A model generated the notes under the pieces. The model was not told the DNA's origin. It did not search any database and was given only the letters and a program-made list of their open reading frames with translations. Positions 1 through 8,103 of a DNA stretch of 32,000 bases are shown piece after piece. A program made the translations under genes and the position numbers. The stretch comes from Ignicoccus pacificus DSM 13166 (lineage in GTDB: Archaea; Thermoproteota; Thermoprotei_A; Sulfolobales; Ignicoccaceae). Location of the stretch: NCBI GenBank assembly GCA_025340205.1, contig CP006868.1, positions 900,001 to 932,000 of the forward strand. Direction: 5' to 3'. The first letter of the stretch is position 1. Each line of letters starts with the position of its first letter.

Positions 1-1670
1 CTCTAGATGTTCTGGCCAGAGAAATAATAGGTATGGTCCTCCAAGAAAAGTTGCTAGATCCGGAGAAGGCGTTTCAGATAGTAAAAGGTGCCTATCCGTA
101 TAGGAACTTAAGTAAAGAGAAGTTCGATGAACTAATAAATACCTTAATTAAGAATAGATTGCTGAATAGGGAAGGTGACAAGATAAAGATAGGATACATG
201 TTCTACAAGCTCTGGTGCTTTGACTGCTCAGGGAAGAAATGGTGGAGTAGGTCCTTCGGAGAGTTCTTCTCAGTAATAACTGAGAGAGATACTTTCGTGG
301 TGAAGTGGGGTAACAAGACTATAGGTGATCTAGACGCCTTCTACGTCTACAAGTACTTGAGACCAGACATGAAGATAAGGTTGGCTGGCAGGACTTGGAG
401 AATAATAAACATAGACGAAGAAACGATGAAAGTTATTGTAGAACCCTCAAATGAGCAAGGAGGTGAGGTCCCTCTTTGGAGAAGCGAGGAAGCCCTCAGA
501 AGTCCCTTGGTTCCGAGATACGCCAAGGAGGCGCTTAAGAGTAAGCCTCCTCAGAGCCTGGAGATAACCGATGCGGCGAAAAAGAACTTAAAGAAGGTGC
601 TTGAATGGTATAATAGGAGAAAGCTCGATATACCCGGCGGCGACCTCTTCTACTTAGAGAAGACCGATAAGGGCTACGTCTTGAGTGGCTTCATGGATCA
701 AAAGGCCGCTGAAACGCTAGCTCATATCTTGATGTATATGGTATCTTCAGAGTACACAGCAGCGGTGCAAGTCAGAGCCTCCATGACTGGCTTAGGTTTA
801 AGCGTCGACAGCGGTGATAGCGTTCCTAATCTCTTAGATCTATTGAAACAAGTGGATGACGTAGAGGAGATGCTCGACAAAGCCTTGGAGAGGTCGCCAT
901 ACCTAGTACAAGTAGCTAAGGAAATCCAGCTAAGCTTTGGAAAGCTCGGGAAGGTAACACCAGATGACGGTTTAGTCTATGAGGAAGCTAAGAAGCAAGC
1001 TCTACAAAGGTACTTCAACGTGGAAGAAGCTAAGAGGATAATCGAGGGTCTCAAGAGCGGATCTATTAAGGTAAGGAAGCTCAGAACTAGAACCCTATCA
1101 CCGCTGGCAAGTCATATAGTATCATTACCCGCTCTCAGGCCGTGGCTCAAGATAGTAGAGGCGAGGATAGCTAATATGCTAAAGGAGGAAGCGTTCACCG
1201 TAGAAGAGCTATCTATGATGTTAGAGCTAAGTCCTACCACAATAGAGAACAAGTTAAAGGAAATGAGGAAACCCAGCTCGAAGATAAGAGTAATATCATT
1301 TATAGACACGGAATTCGGTGAAACCAGATGGACCCTTCTGGAGGACTTGGATAAAGTGATGCAGAAAGAGGAATACGCAGACTCCTTTAAGCCTAGAGAC
1401 GTACACGAGAACTTCGTGGTCTACTTGAGAACGTCTCCCAAGGACGAGTATACGATGAAATACTTCAAACCGATAGATCTCATCGAGAATCCCGAGAAGT
1501 TCTTGAGTACGTTGAACGACGATGAGTATTACGAAGTGAAGGTAGTCACGCCCAGCGATCCACTCTTTAGAAACCTTATGCCGCGATACTTTTACGTTCC
1601 CAAGAAGGCCCTCCCTGCGGTACTCTTGAATGCCGTCACGTACATACAGAGACTACGCAGGTCGGCTTAG
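1..1670 (+). CDS. Lhr-type ATP-dependent helicase, C-terminal part; 5' end lies outside the window
   Basis: The frame is open upstream of the listed ATG at 33 (codons 3-32 read LDVLAREIIG). The segment 'PDMKIRLAGRTWRIINID...VEPSN...PLWRSEEALRSP' resembles the post-helicase core domain of Lhr-like helicases. Motifs I-III would be off-window. Confidence 0.7.
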   Translation, partial: LDVLAREIIGMVLQEKLLDPEKAFQIVKGAYPYRNLSKEKFDELINTLIKNRLLNREGDKIKIGYMFYKLWCFDCSGKKWWSRSFGEFFSVITERDTFVVKWGNKTIGDLDAFYVYKYLRPDMKIRLAGRTWRIINIDEETMKVIVEPSNEQGGEVPLWRSEEALRSPLVPRYAKEALKSKPPQSLEITDAAKKNLKKVLEWYNRRKLDIPGGDLFYLEKTDKGYVLSGFMDQKAAETLAHILMYMVSSEYTAAVQVRASMTGLGLSVDSGDSVPNLLDLLKQVDDVEEMLDKALERSPYLVQVAKEIQLSFGKLGKVTPDDGLVYEEAKKQALQRYFNVEEAKRIIEGLKSGSIKVRKLRTRTLSPLASHIVSLPALRPWLKIVEARIANMLKEEAFTVEELSMMLELSPTTIENKLKEMRKPSSKIRVISFIDTEFGETRWTLLEDLDKVMQKEEYADSFKPRDVHENFVVYLRTSPKDEYTMKYFKPIDLIENPEKFLSTLNDDEYYEVKVVTPSDPLFRNLMPRYFYVPKKALPAVLLNAVTYIQRLRRSA

Positions 1671-3096
1671 ATGGAGATCGCTGATATGGGGCTTAATACT
1701 TTCTTTATCAGTGGCTTCTCTGACACTTTTCGTGGCGTCGATAGTAGCCTTGACCTATCCTTATGCCGATCTCTATAGTGTTAGCTCAATCATAGCTTCG
1801 ATATTGATAGTGCTAATAGTAAAGAAATTAGTGGAAAGAGCTCCGAAGGTAAATGCGGAAGCAATAATAAAGGCGTTAGTGTTCTTCTGGTTCTTCTCGC
1901 CATTATTGTTGACGTTCTTCTTTTCGATATTCGCCCATGTGAGCTTCGTTGACGCTTACTTCGAGATGGTAAGTGGATTGAGCGGTACGGGATTAACGAT
2001 TCTTAATCCCTCAAAGGAAACCCCCTTTGTAAATGCCTTCAGAGCGGCCAGCCAGTGGAGCGGAGAGGTAGGGGCGCTATTCCTCACCTTGATACTAGCT
2101 CTAGTTTACCACGTCTCACCTACGGGAATAGTTTCGGCACTTGGGAAAGGAGAAAGGGTAAGGCCCAGCATGTTTCAGACTTTGAAGGATTTAGTAATGA
2201 TATACATTGCTCTTACCATAATACCAATTACCTACATGTACTTAACTGGGATGAGTCTCTACAATGCTATAGTTTACACCTTCGCCGCCTTAGCCACGGG
2301 AGGCTTTGCTCCGACAAACATGGGAGCGGGAGATCTGACATTCTGGCAGCAGATGGCAGTCATGTTAACTTGCGTTATAGGTGCACTGAACTTCTCGATA
2401 TACTTGAACTTGCGATACGGTAAGATAAGGAAGGCGCTTTCTCATCCAGAGCTGAGGATGCTCATAGGGTCTATACTGTTCTACGCTGCCTTGCTCTTAA
2501 TGCTCTGGGGTAAGCTCACACCCTTCACCTTATGGAGCGCCGTCTTCCACTCAGCAAGTGCTGTGACTACTTCTGGTTTTTCCATAGTTGACGTAAGCAA
2601 GTTTAATCAAGCATCAAAGTTCGTATTGATAATTGCAATGTTAATTGGAGCTTCGGCCTTCTCAACCGGAGGAGGAATAAAGCTTTACAGAGTCTATGTT
2701 TTGAGTAAGTTTCTAATGAAGGAGATAAAGAGCATAGGAAAACCTCAAGGACTAGTTAAGAAGGTGGTGATATTAGGTAGGGAGATCAGCTACGAAGACT
2801 TAGCTGTGATGATGATGTACATAACTCTCTACATGTTTGTATTTCTGTCGCTATCGTTAGTGGTTATAGAACTAGTGAATAGGTATCACTTGCCGGTGAC
2901 ACCAATAGACGTGATGTTTGAGATATCCTCAGCTATGTCAGGAACAGGTCTAACATCCGGTTTAACGCCGGTCGCCACCCCGGACATCAAGCTGATATTG
3001 TGTTTTGCGATGATAGTAGGAAAAGTAGAGATACTACCAGTGATATACGTCATCTATAGTATATTTAAGGAAATGAAATCAGCCAGAACTAAATAG
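1630..3096 (+). CDS. trkH: TrkH/KtrB-family potassium transporter membrane subunit
   Basis: Multi-TM protein with selectivity-filter-like repeats ('VSGLSGTGLTIL', 'TTSGFSIVD', 'SAMSGTGLTSG') and 'GGGIKLYR'. The start is uncertain because the listed one overlaps the upstream ORF by 41 nt. Confidence 0.85.
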   Translation: MPSRTYRDYAGRLRWRSLIWGLILSLSVASLTLFVASIVALTYPYADLYSVSSIIASILIVLIVKKLVERAPKVNAEAIIKALVFFWFFSPLLLTFFFSIFAHVSFVDAYFEMVSGLSGTGLTILNPSKETPFVNAFRAASQWSGEVGALFLTLILALVYHVSPTGIVSALGKGERVRPSMFQTLKDLVMIYIALTIIPITYMYLTGMSLYNAIVYTFAALATGGFAPTNMGAGDLTFWQQMAVMLTCVIGALNFSIYLNLRYGKIRKALSHPELRMLIGSILFYAALLLMLWGKLTPFTLWSAVFHSASAVTTSGFSIVDVSKFNQASKFVLIIAMLIGASAFSTGGGIKLYRVYVLSKFLMKEIKSIGKPQGLVKKVVILGREISYEDLAVMMMYITLYMFVFLSLSLVVIELVNRYHLPVTPIDVMFEISSAMSGTGLTSGLTPVATPDIKLILCFAMIVGKVEILPVIYVIYSIFKEMKSARTK

Positions 3097-3237
3097 AGAA
3101 AGTACCTTTTCGATCGCCTCTTTAGCATTTGAGGCTTCTACATTGAAGGATATGTTGGTCCCTTTGATCCTAACGACATATCTTCTTTGACCTAATACGG
3201 AGTATTCTTCTACTATCTCCAGGTCCGATGCATTCAA
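3079..3237 (-). CDS. Small 52-aa protein, TTG start, absent from the ORF track
   Basis: My minus-strand reading is MNASDLEIVEEYSVLGQRRYVVRIKGTNISFNVEASNAKEAIEKVLSLFSSG*. A GGGAGG Shine-Dalgarno-like sequence lies about 10 nt upstream of the TTG. Confidence 0.45.
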   Translation of the reverse strand: MNASDLEIVEEYSVLGQRRYVVRIKGTNISFNVEASNAKEAIEKVLSLFSSG

Positions 3238-3295
3238 GTTTCATCGCCTCCCAGGATCTGGGTGATAATTAGGGTGGAAGGATGGGTGGCCCAAG

Positions 3296-3438
3296 TGGTC
3301 CCGCCGCGGGGACTCGAACCCCGGGCCACCCGGTATCTGCGCTGCCACCCCTTCATCCCGGGCTCCCGCGGCCCGGTATCTGGGGGTGGGCCACTACGGA
3401 CCCTACAGCCGGGCGCTCTACCGCTGAGCTACGGCGGG
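3296..3438 (-). tRNA. tRNA-Tyr (GUA) with a ~68-nt intron at 37/38; CCA encoded
   Basis: Acceptor CCCGCCG/CGGCGGG, D-arm GCTC/GAGC, anticodon stem CCCGG/CCGGG, loop CTGTAG|A, T-arm CGGGG-TTCGAGT-CCCCG, discriminator A, CCA. Exons are at about 3438-3403 and 3334-3296. C1-G72 is typical of archaeal tRNA-Tyr. Confidence 0.93.
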
Positions 3439-3460
3439 ACCCGTGTCGACACATCTCACT

Positions 3461-3476
3461 CCAGTTAAAAAGTTTT
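3461..3476 (-). promoter_or_regulatory. Putative TATA/BRE element of the tRNA-Tyr gene
   Basis: Minus strand AAAACTTTTTAACTGG lies about 23-38 nt upstream of the tRNA 5' end. Confidence 0.5.
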
Positions 3477-3589
3477 CGCCTCAGGTGGGGTCTGGCGCTC
3501 CTCACTTCTCGGAGCAGACCGGACCCTCCTCATCGGCATAAGAGGGGAAATTATGCAAGTAGATAAGATTCCAGCTCTTATGAGGAGGG

Positions 3590-4015
3590 GTGTACGAGCT
3601 GAGTTGGAGAAGGAAGAGGGAACTCTCCGAGTACATGTTGAACTTAGCAAAGAAGGAGCTAGAAGAAGGAATGTATGAAATGGCTGCCCTTCACGCTAGT
3701 CTAGCTCTCGAGACGTATCTAAGATCTATGATAGAAAGGTTGCGCGGAAGGAGTATAAAGAGAAAGGGACTAAGCGATTTGTGGTTCGAACTCACGTTTA
3801 CGCTGACGCTTTGGGAAGGATTTAGAGGTTATTCTGGTCTCTTCGAAGATCTGTATACCAATAATTCTCAACTCTTCGAATTCATGGAAGAAATCCTTGA
3901 ATCTACAATAGGTGAGATCGATGTTGGTAAGAAAAATTCTAAAGAAATAATAAAACTTGTTGAAAAAGTATTCGATCGATTGGATGTAGTTGTTAGTGAG
4001 GTATGGCCTTCTTGA
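3590..4015 (+). CDS. HEPN-domain-like alpha-helical protein
   Basis: The N-terminal pattern 'LNLAKKELEEGMYEMAALHASLALETYLRSMI' resembles HEPN helices. No RxxxxH active-site motif and no adjacent MNT nucleotidyltransferase were seen. Confidence 0.5.
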   Translation: MYELSWRRKRELSEYMLNLAKKELEEGMYEMAALHASLALETYLRSMIERLRGRSIKRKGLSDLWFELTFTLTLWEGFRGYSGLFEDLYTNNSQLFEFMEEILESTIGEIDVGKKNSKEIIKLVEKVFDRLDVVVSEVWPS

Positions 4016-4069
4016 CCTTTTGAGAAGGCTGTCACTTTAAACAGAAGGACGCGTCTGTCTACGCGACCG

Positions 4070-5092
4070 GTGTCCGCGTTGAATAGATACCTAGCGGGAA
4101 TCTTGAGCCTCCTCATACTAGGAGGAATGGTTCAAGCCCTTCCACTCAACATTTTATGGACATCGGATACACCAACAGATCTCTCAGAAGGTATAGCTAT
4201 ATCAGATGACGGGACCGTGGCGGTGGCCTCTGATGATAATTGTATATACTTCTTCGATACGACCGGCAACTTGCTCACGCAGAGTTGTGCTACGACGGAC
4301 ATGGACGACGTTTCTTATTATGATGGTAAGTTCTACGCTGTCAACTTTGATAATGAAGTATACATATTTGATACGAAGGGTAATCCTGAAGGAACCTTTT
4401 CGATTAGTGACGATCATGATGAGTCCATAAAGGCATTTGATGGAGGTATAGTTCTAGGTGGTAGCGAATTAGCGCTTTATGATTTCAATGGCAACGTCAA
4501 ATGGACTATACTCGTAGGCGAAATCGATAACTCACCCTCCGTGTATGGTGATTATATCTATGCTGCAGATATTAATTATGACAGACTTCTCGTAGTTTAT
4601 GCCCCCAGTGGAAGCGTTGTAAGTACCATAAACTACACGGATTCTGCACACGATACTTCAATCTGTGGACATTATTTGGCTGTGACTACTTCCAGCAAGC
4701 TTTACTTGTACGATATCTCCTCTCCTGCTTCACCCAAGTTGCTCTGGAGCGTCGGAACCTTCGGAGGAGGATATAACGTAGGCGAACTACAAGTCACCTT
4801 TTCCCCAGACTGTAACTACATAGCGGTAGCCGATACGCGGAATTACACGTTAGTGATCTATGACATTCAAGGTTATGTTGAGAACAGCCTAAAGTTCTCG
4901 CAAGGCGTCTACGGAATAGATTGGAAGGGATCGGTGCTTGCTATTTCGTTAGAGAATGGTACGATAATAGCATATGATACGGGCATAGCAGCTACAACGA
5001 CTACTACTACCTCTTCTGGTATCCCCGCCCCAGCCTTACTGGCGTTCTCGTTAGTTCCAGCTTTGAGGAGGGTTTGGAGGAAGAGTAGGTGA
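4070..5092 (+). CDS. Predicted secreted/surface beta-propeller-like protein with Thr stalk and C-terminal IPAPALL-hydrophobic-Arg tail
   Basis: Signal peptide-like 'NRYLAGILSLLILGGMVQA', repeated 'DNCIYFFDTTGNLL / DNEVYIFDTKGN / SELALYDFNGNV' blades, then 'TTTTTTTSSGIPAPALLAFSLVPALRRVWRKSR'. GTG start at 4070, or TTG at 4079. Confidence 0.75.
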   Translation: MSALNRYLAGILSLLILGGMVQALPLNILWTSDTPTDLSEGIAISDDGTVAVASDDNCIYFFDTTGNLLTQSCATTDMDDVSYYDGKFYAVNFDNEVYIFDTKGNPEGTFSISDDHDESIKAFDGGIVLGGSELALYDFNGNVKWTILVGEIDNSPSVYGDYIYAADINYDRLLVVYAPSGSVVSTINYTDSAHDTSICGHYLAVTTSSKLYLYDISSPASPKLLWSVGTFGGGYNVGELQVTFSPDCNYIAVADTRNYTLVIYDIQGYVENSLKFSQGVYGIDWKGSVLAISLENGTIIAYDTGIAATTTTTTSSGIPAPALLAFSLVPALRRVWRKSR

Positions 5093-5149
5093 ATTTTGAT
5101 CAGCCTTTCTTTTGATGGTATGGTAGGTGGAGGAGGGTTAGGGGTGTAG

Positions 5150-5224
5150 TGCCGCCGCCGGGATTTGAACCCGGGTCACGGGCTTGAAAGGCCCGCATAC
5201 TTGGCCGGGCTATACTACGGCGGC
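5150..5224 (-). tRNA. tRNA-Glu (UUC), no intron, CCA not encoded
   Basis: Acceptor GCCGCCG/CGGCGGC, anticodon stem CGGGC/GCCCG, loop CTTTCAA, T-arm CCGGG-TTCAAAT-CCCGG. Confidence 0.92.
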
Positions 5225-5318
5225 CCCACGAGGCCCCTTCACTCTCCCTTTTTAAGTGTTTTACAAGGTTCGAAAAGCGTGAAAAGGAGTCTTCCGTTCC
5301 CATGTAGGGCCTAGAGCT

Positions 5319-5738
5319 TTGGAGTACTGTCTCGTCATGTCTATAGGTTATGGCGTCGCAGCCGGTATCCTCTGGCTCTTGGTTTCCGCTGCCTTAGGTA
5401 CGGTATATCCTCTAAGTACAACAATAACGTTCATGAGTATGGCAATACCCGTAGCATTTATTGCTATGCTCTTAGGAGCAATAATTGACTGTACGTTTCA
5501 AACAATTGGTGGATATTTCTCACTATCTCCGAGTACTTCTATATTAATAGGATGGATAAGCGTGAGTCTGGGTATGGCCCTCATGGCCCTTTTGAACGCT
5601 CCTCCGCCGCCAACGATAGAGTCTGTAGCACAAGCAGTTTTCGATACCGGAAGTAAGAGCTTGTCGAACAGTTTCCTTTCCTCGGACATCTTCTACAAGA
5701 TAGGCAACTTTACTTTAAACTTGTTGGGATTTCGCTAG
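5319..5738 (+). CDS. Hypothetical membrane protein (start possibly 5337)
   Basis: Open frame with several hydrophobic segments. The listed start is TTG; an in-frame ATG lies at 5337. Confidence 0.5.
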   Translation: MEYCLVMSIGYGVAAGILWLLVSAALGTVYPLSTTITFMSMAIPVAFIAMLLGAIIDCTFQTIGGYFSLSPSTSILIGWISVSLGMALMALLNAPPPPTIESVAQAVFDTGSKSLSNSFLSSDIFYKIGNFTLNLLGFR

Positions 5739-5750
5739 CAGGGATTCAGC

Positions 5751-6230
5751 TTGAGCGTCGAGCCGCTAGAGGACGTGGAAACGCCGGTGATGCTACTTTC
5801 CATAAAACCAAAGTATGCCCAGAGAATACTAAGCGGTTACAAGAAGTTCGAACTAAGAACATGGATAGGACTGGACTTCTATCCGGGGATGCTGGTAGTT
5901 ATGTACGTTTCGGGTAACGTAAAGTCAATAGTAGGTGAATTTAGAGTTGGAAAAGTGTACAAGGGTAGACCTGAATACGTTTGGGGACGATTAATCGAAG
6001 AGGGAGGCGAAGAGAGAACCGGTGTAGGTGATGAGGATTACTTGTACATAGCCAGAGCTAGAAAGGCAATGGCGATCGAGGTACTGGAACCTAAGAAGTA
6101 CAAGAGGCCGGTAAAGCTAGAGGAACTCCGATTGATAATTCCGGGCTGGCTTCCACCGATGTCCCACGCATTCATGGGACCTGGAGATCCCTTATGGGAA
6201 ATGGTGATTAAGAAGCTGAGAGAGCTCTAG
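5751..6230 (+). CDS. ASCH/PUA-like domain protein
   Basis: 'MLLSIKPKYAQRILSGYKKFELRTW...GEFRVGKVYKG' matches the typical ASCH N-terminal pattern. TTG start. Confidence 0.75.
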   Translation: MSVEPLEDVETPVMLLSIKPKYAQRILSGYKKFELRTWIGLDFYPGMLVVMYVSGNVKSIVGEFRVGKVYKGRPEYVWGRLIEEGGEERTGVGDEDYLYIARARKAMAIEVLEPKKYKRPVKLEELRLIIPGWLPPMSHAFMGPGDPLWEMVIKKLREL

Positions 6231-6822
6231 CCACCTCTAATGCCTTCCTCGACACCTTCTCCACCAAGCCGGGCTTTGGTTTAGCGAATACGTAGAGTAC
6301 TTTTGTTTCGGGAGTTAATGCCACGTGCAACACATCTTTATCCACTACCAACTCCTTTAGTTTTTCGAATATCTCTAAAGGACAGTCAACTAAGTACTTC
6401 TCTCCATGAAGTGAAACTTCCTTTGTAGTGTCTTTATTGAGATCAGCTCGAGAGTACTTCAATACCTTTTCTTTGACTATTTGGCACTTGCTTTTAGGTC
6501 TCTTGCTCAGCCTAAGGACTAAATAGAACCTATCATGTTTGAGAGTCAGCATCGAGATGGGATAGTAGAGCAAGCTTTCTCTAGGCATTAATCCTATCGA
6601 AGCCTCCACCCTTTCGACCCCTCTCTCGGATATCTTGAAGTCGGCCTTGAAGCCGGAATATATTCCTAATATCGTGTAATTCTTATCAAGGGGTTTTAGC
6701 CCTCTTTCCAGCTCTTTAACATAAAGTCTCATGAGCTCGAGGTTTTTCCTTCTACCTTTGAAGAATTGATATGTCGTGGCCCCAGCTAAGATAAATATTC
6801 CTAGTAGGATCAAACCTTGCAA
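6208..6822 (-). CDS. Conserved-type hypothetical protein with one N-terminal TM anchor and a soluble domain
   Basis: N-terminal 'LILLGIFILAGATTYQFF' anchor. The 5' end overlaps the upstream ArsA/Get3 gene by 13 nt, suggesting co-translation. Confidence 0.65.
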   Translation of the reverse strand: MQGLILLGIFILAGATTYQFFKGRRKNLELMRLYVKELERGLKPLDKNYTILGIYSGFKADFKISERGVERVEASIGLMPRESLLYYPISMLTLKHDRFYLVLRLSKRPKSKCQIVKEKVLKYSRADLNKDTTKEVSLHGEKYLVDCPLEIFEKLKELVVDKDVLHVALTPETKVLYVFAKPKPGLVEKVSRKALEVARALSAS

Positions 6823-7730
6823 ATTCCTTCACCCAAGTATTCCTTGGCAAGCTCGCGCAATCTCTCGACGCCCTTGGGAGGTACGGGGAGATAGGGTAGT
6901 TTAACTATTTGCATGTCCTTGAACTCCTCGTGTATTTTCTTCAACCATTTTTGTTGACTTTCCTTCATCGAAACCAACGTGGGGTCAGAAGTATCTTGAA
7001 TGATGAGCTTGTTTACTATAACAGCACAAGGCTTCATTGAGAACTTATTTAAGGTATCCTTTATTCTAATAGCTTCTAGGACCGGCATCTCCTCTGCGTT
7101 AAGGACTAGGATGACTTTGTGATGTTTACTCTTTAAGTACTTATCGAATTCCTCGAGCTCTTGTATCTCTTTTTCGAGTAATTCGAGCACCGGATCATGT
7201 ACTTTCTTCTCCTCAACTATCTCCCTCCTCTTAACTATGTCTTTTCTTAATTTTAGTAAGTAGTTCATCCAAGTTAACATTATTTGGGGCAATAACAAAA
7301 CTCTCAAAGCTATTCCGGTCGGTGCATTGTCGACCACCACGTAGTCAAAATCCGTGTTCTTAAGTTCCATGAGCTTTTGCAGAAGCGCTTGTTCTTCTAC
7401 ACCCGGCGTATGTTCGAGTACATCAAAGACCTTGTCGAGGTTTAACACCCTTAGGTACTTATAGTGTTGTTTGAACTCCTCTGAAATGTTCTTCGCGTAC
7501 TCTCTGATTATCTTATCGACGTCAGGCTCGGATGCCCAGAGACCAGGAGCTATTCTCTTGGGCTCCTCACTTAACTCTACGCCCAAAACATCGCCTAAGT
7601 TATGAGCCGGATCCAAGGAGACGACCAACGTCTTACCTTTATTCGACAAAGAAATAGCACTTAACGCTGCACTAGTTGTCTTACCAACACCGCCTTTACC
7701 AATGAAGTTGAACATTATCAATATTATCAC
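6810..7730 (-). CDS. Get3/ArsA-family ATPase
   Basis: Deviant Walker A 'GKGGVGKTTSA', 'SLDPAHNLGDVLG', 'VVVDNAPTGIALRVLLLP'. The likely start is the internal M (MFNFIGKGG) near 7715. No CxxC motif. Confidence 0.85.
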   Translation of the reverse strand: MIILIMFNFIGKGGVGKTTSAALSAISLSNKGKTLVVSLDPAHNLGDVLGVELSEEPKRIAPGLWASEPDVDKIIREYAKNISEEFKQHYKYLRVLNLDKVFDVLEHTPGVEEQALLQKLMELKNTDFDYVVVDNAPTGIALRVLLLPQIMLTWMNYLLKLRKDIVKRREIVEEKKVHDPVLELLEKEIQELEEFDKYLKSKHHKVILVLNAEEMPVLEAIRIKDTLNKFSMKPCAVIVNKLIIQDTSDPTLVSMKESQQKWLKKIHEEFKDMQIVKLPYLPVPPKGVERLRELAKEYLGEGICKV

Positions 7731-7731
7731 C

Positions 7732-8031
7732 TCAGTCTATATCAAATCCTATTATTCCGAGCTGGTCATCCAACATCTCAGCTCTTTGGAACATGAGTAG
7801 ACCTTCACGTTCTAGATAAGGGAGTAGCTTAAGGGTTAGGGAAGGAGGGACGATGGGATAACCCACTAAGAACCCCATTACTAGCAACGCAAACAAGTGT
7901 TCCATTTCTTCCAGCTCCATTTCTATGTATTCCGTCGCAGCTCCTTTCAAGAATCCTTTGATGGTCATTGAAATGAAGTCTAAGAACTTCACTGCCCCTC
8001 TCACCGCGCACTCAGCAGTGATCGCGTGCAA
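7732..8031 (-). CDS. Small predicted membrane protein directly upstream of the Get3-like ATPase
   Basis: 99-aa frame with hydrophobic 'HLFALLVMGFLVGYPIVPPSLTL'. It abuts the ATPase start. Confidence 0.6.
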   Translation of the reverse strand: MHAITAECAVRGAVKFLDFISMTIKGFLKGAATEYIEMELEEMEHLFALLVMGFLVGYPIVPPSLTLKLLPYLEREGLLMFQRAEMLDDQLGIIGFDID

Positions 8032-8103
8032 ACTCGTAAATAAGTATCATCATAGAAATGTATAAAACTTATGTATGTGGGTGTCAAGTGGGGTGATAAG
8101 CGA

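Noticed and set aside
3262-3566. ORFs 3262..3468 and 3282..3566 (+)
   Set aside because: They run antisense through the tRNA-Tyr gene; 'PPRGLEPRATR'/'GTRTPG' is the well-known artefact of translating a tRNA T-arm complement.
5100-5303. ORF 5100..5303 (-)
   Set aside because: It spans the tRNA-Glu gene on the same strand and has artefact sequence ('QARDPGSNPGGG').
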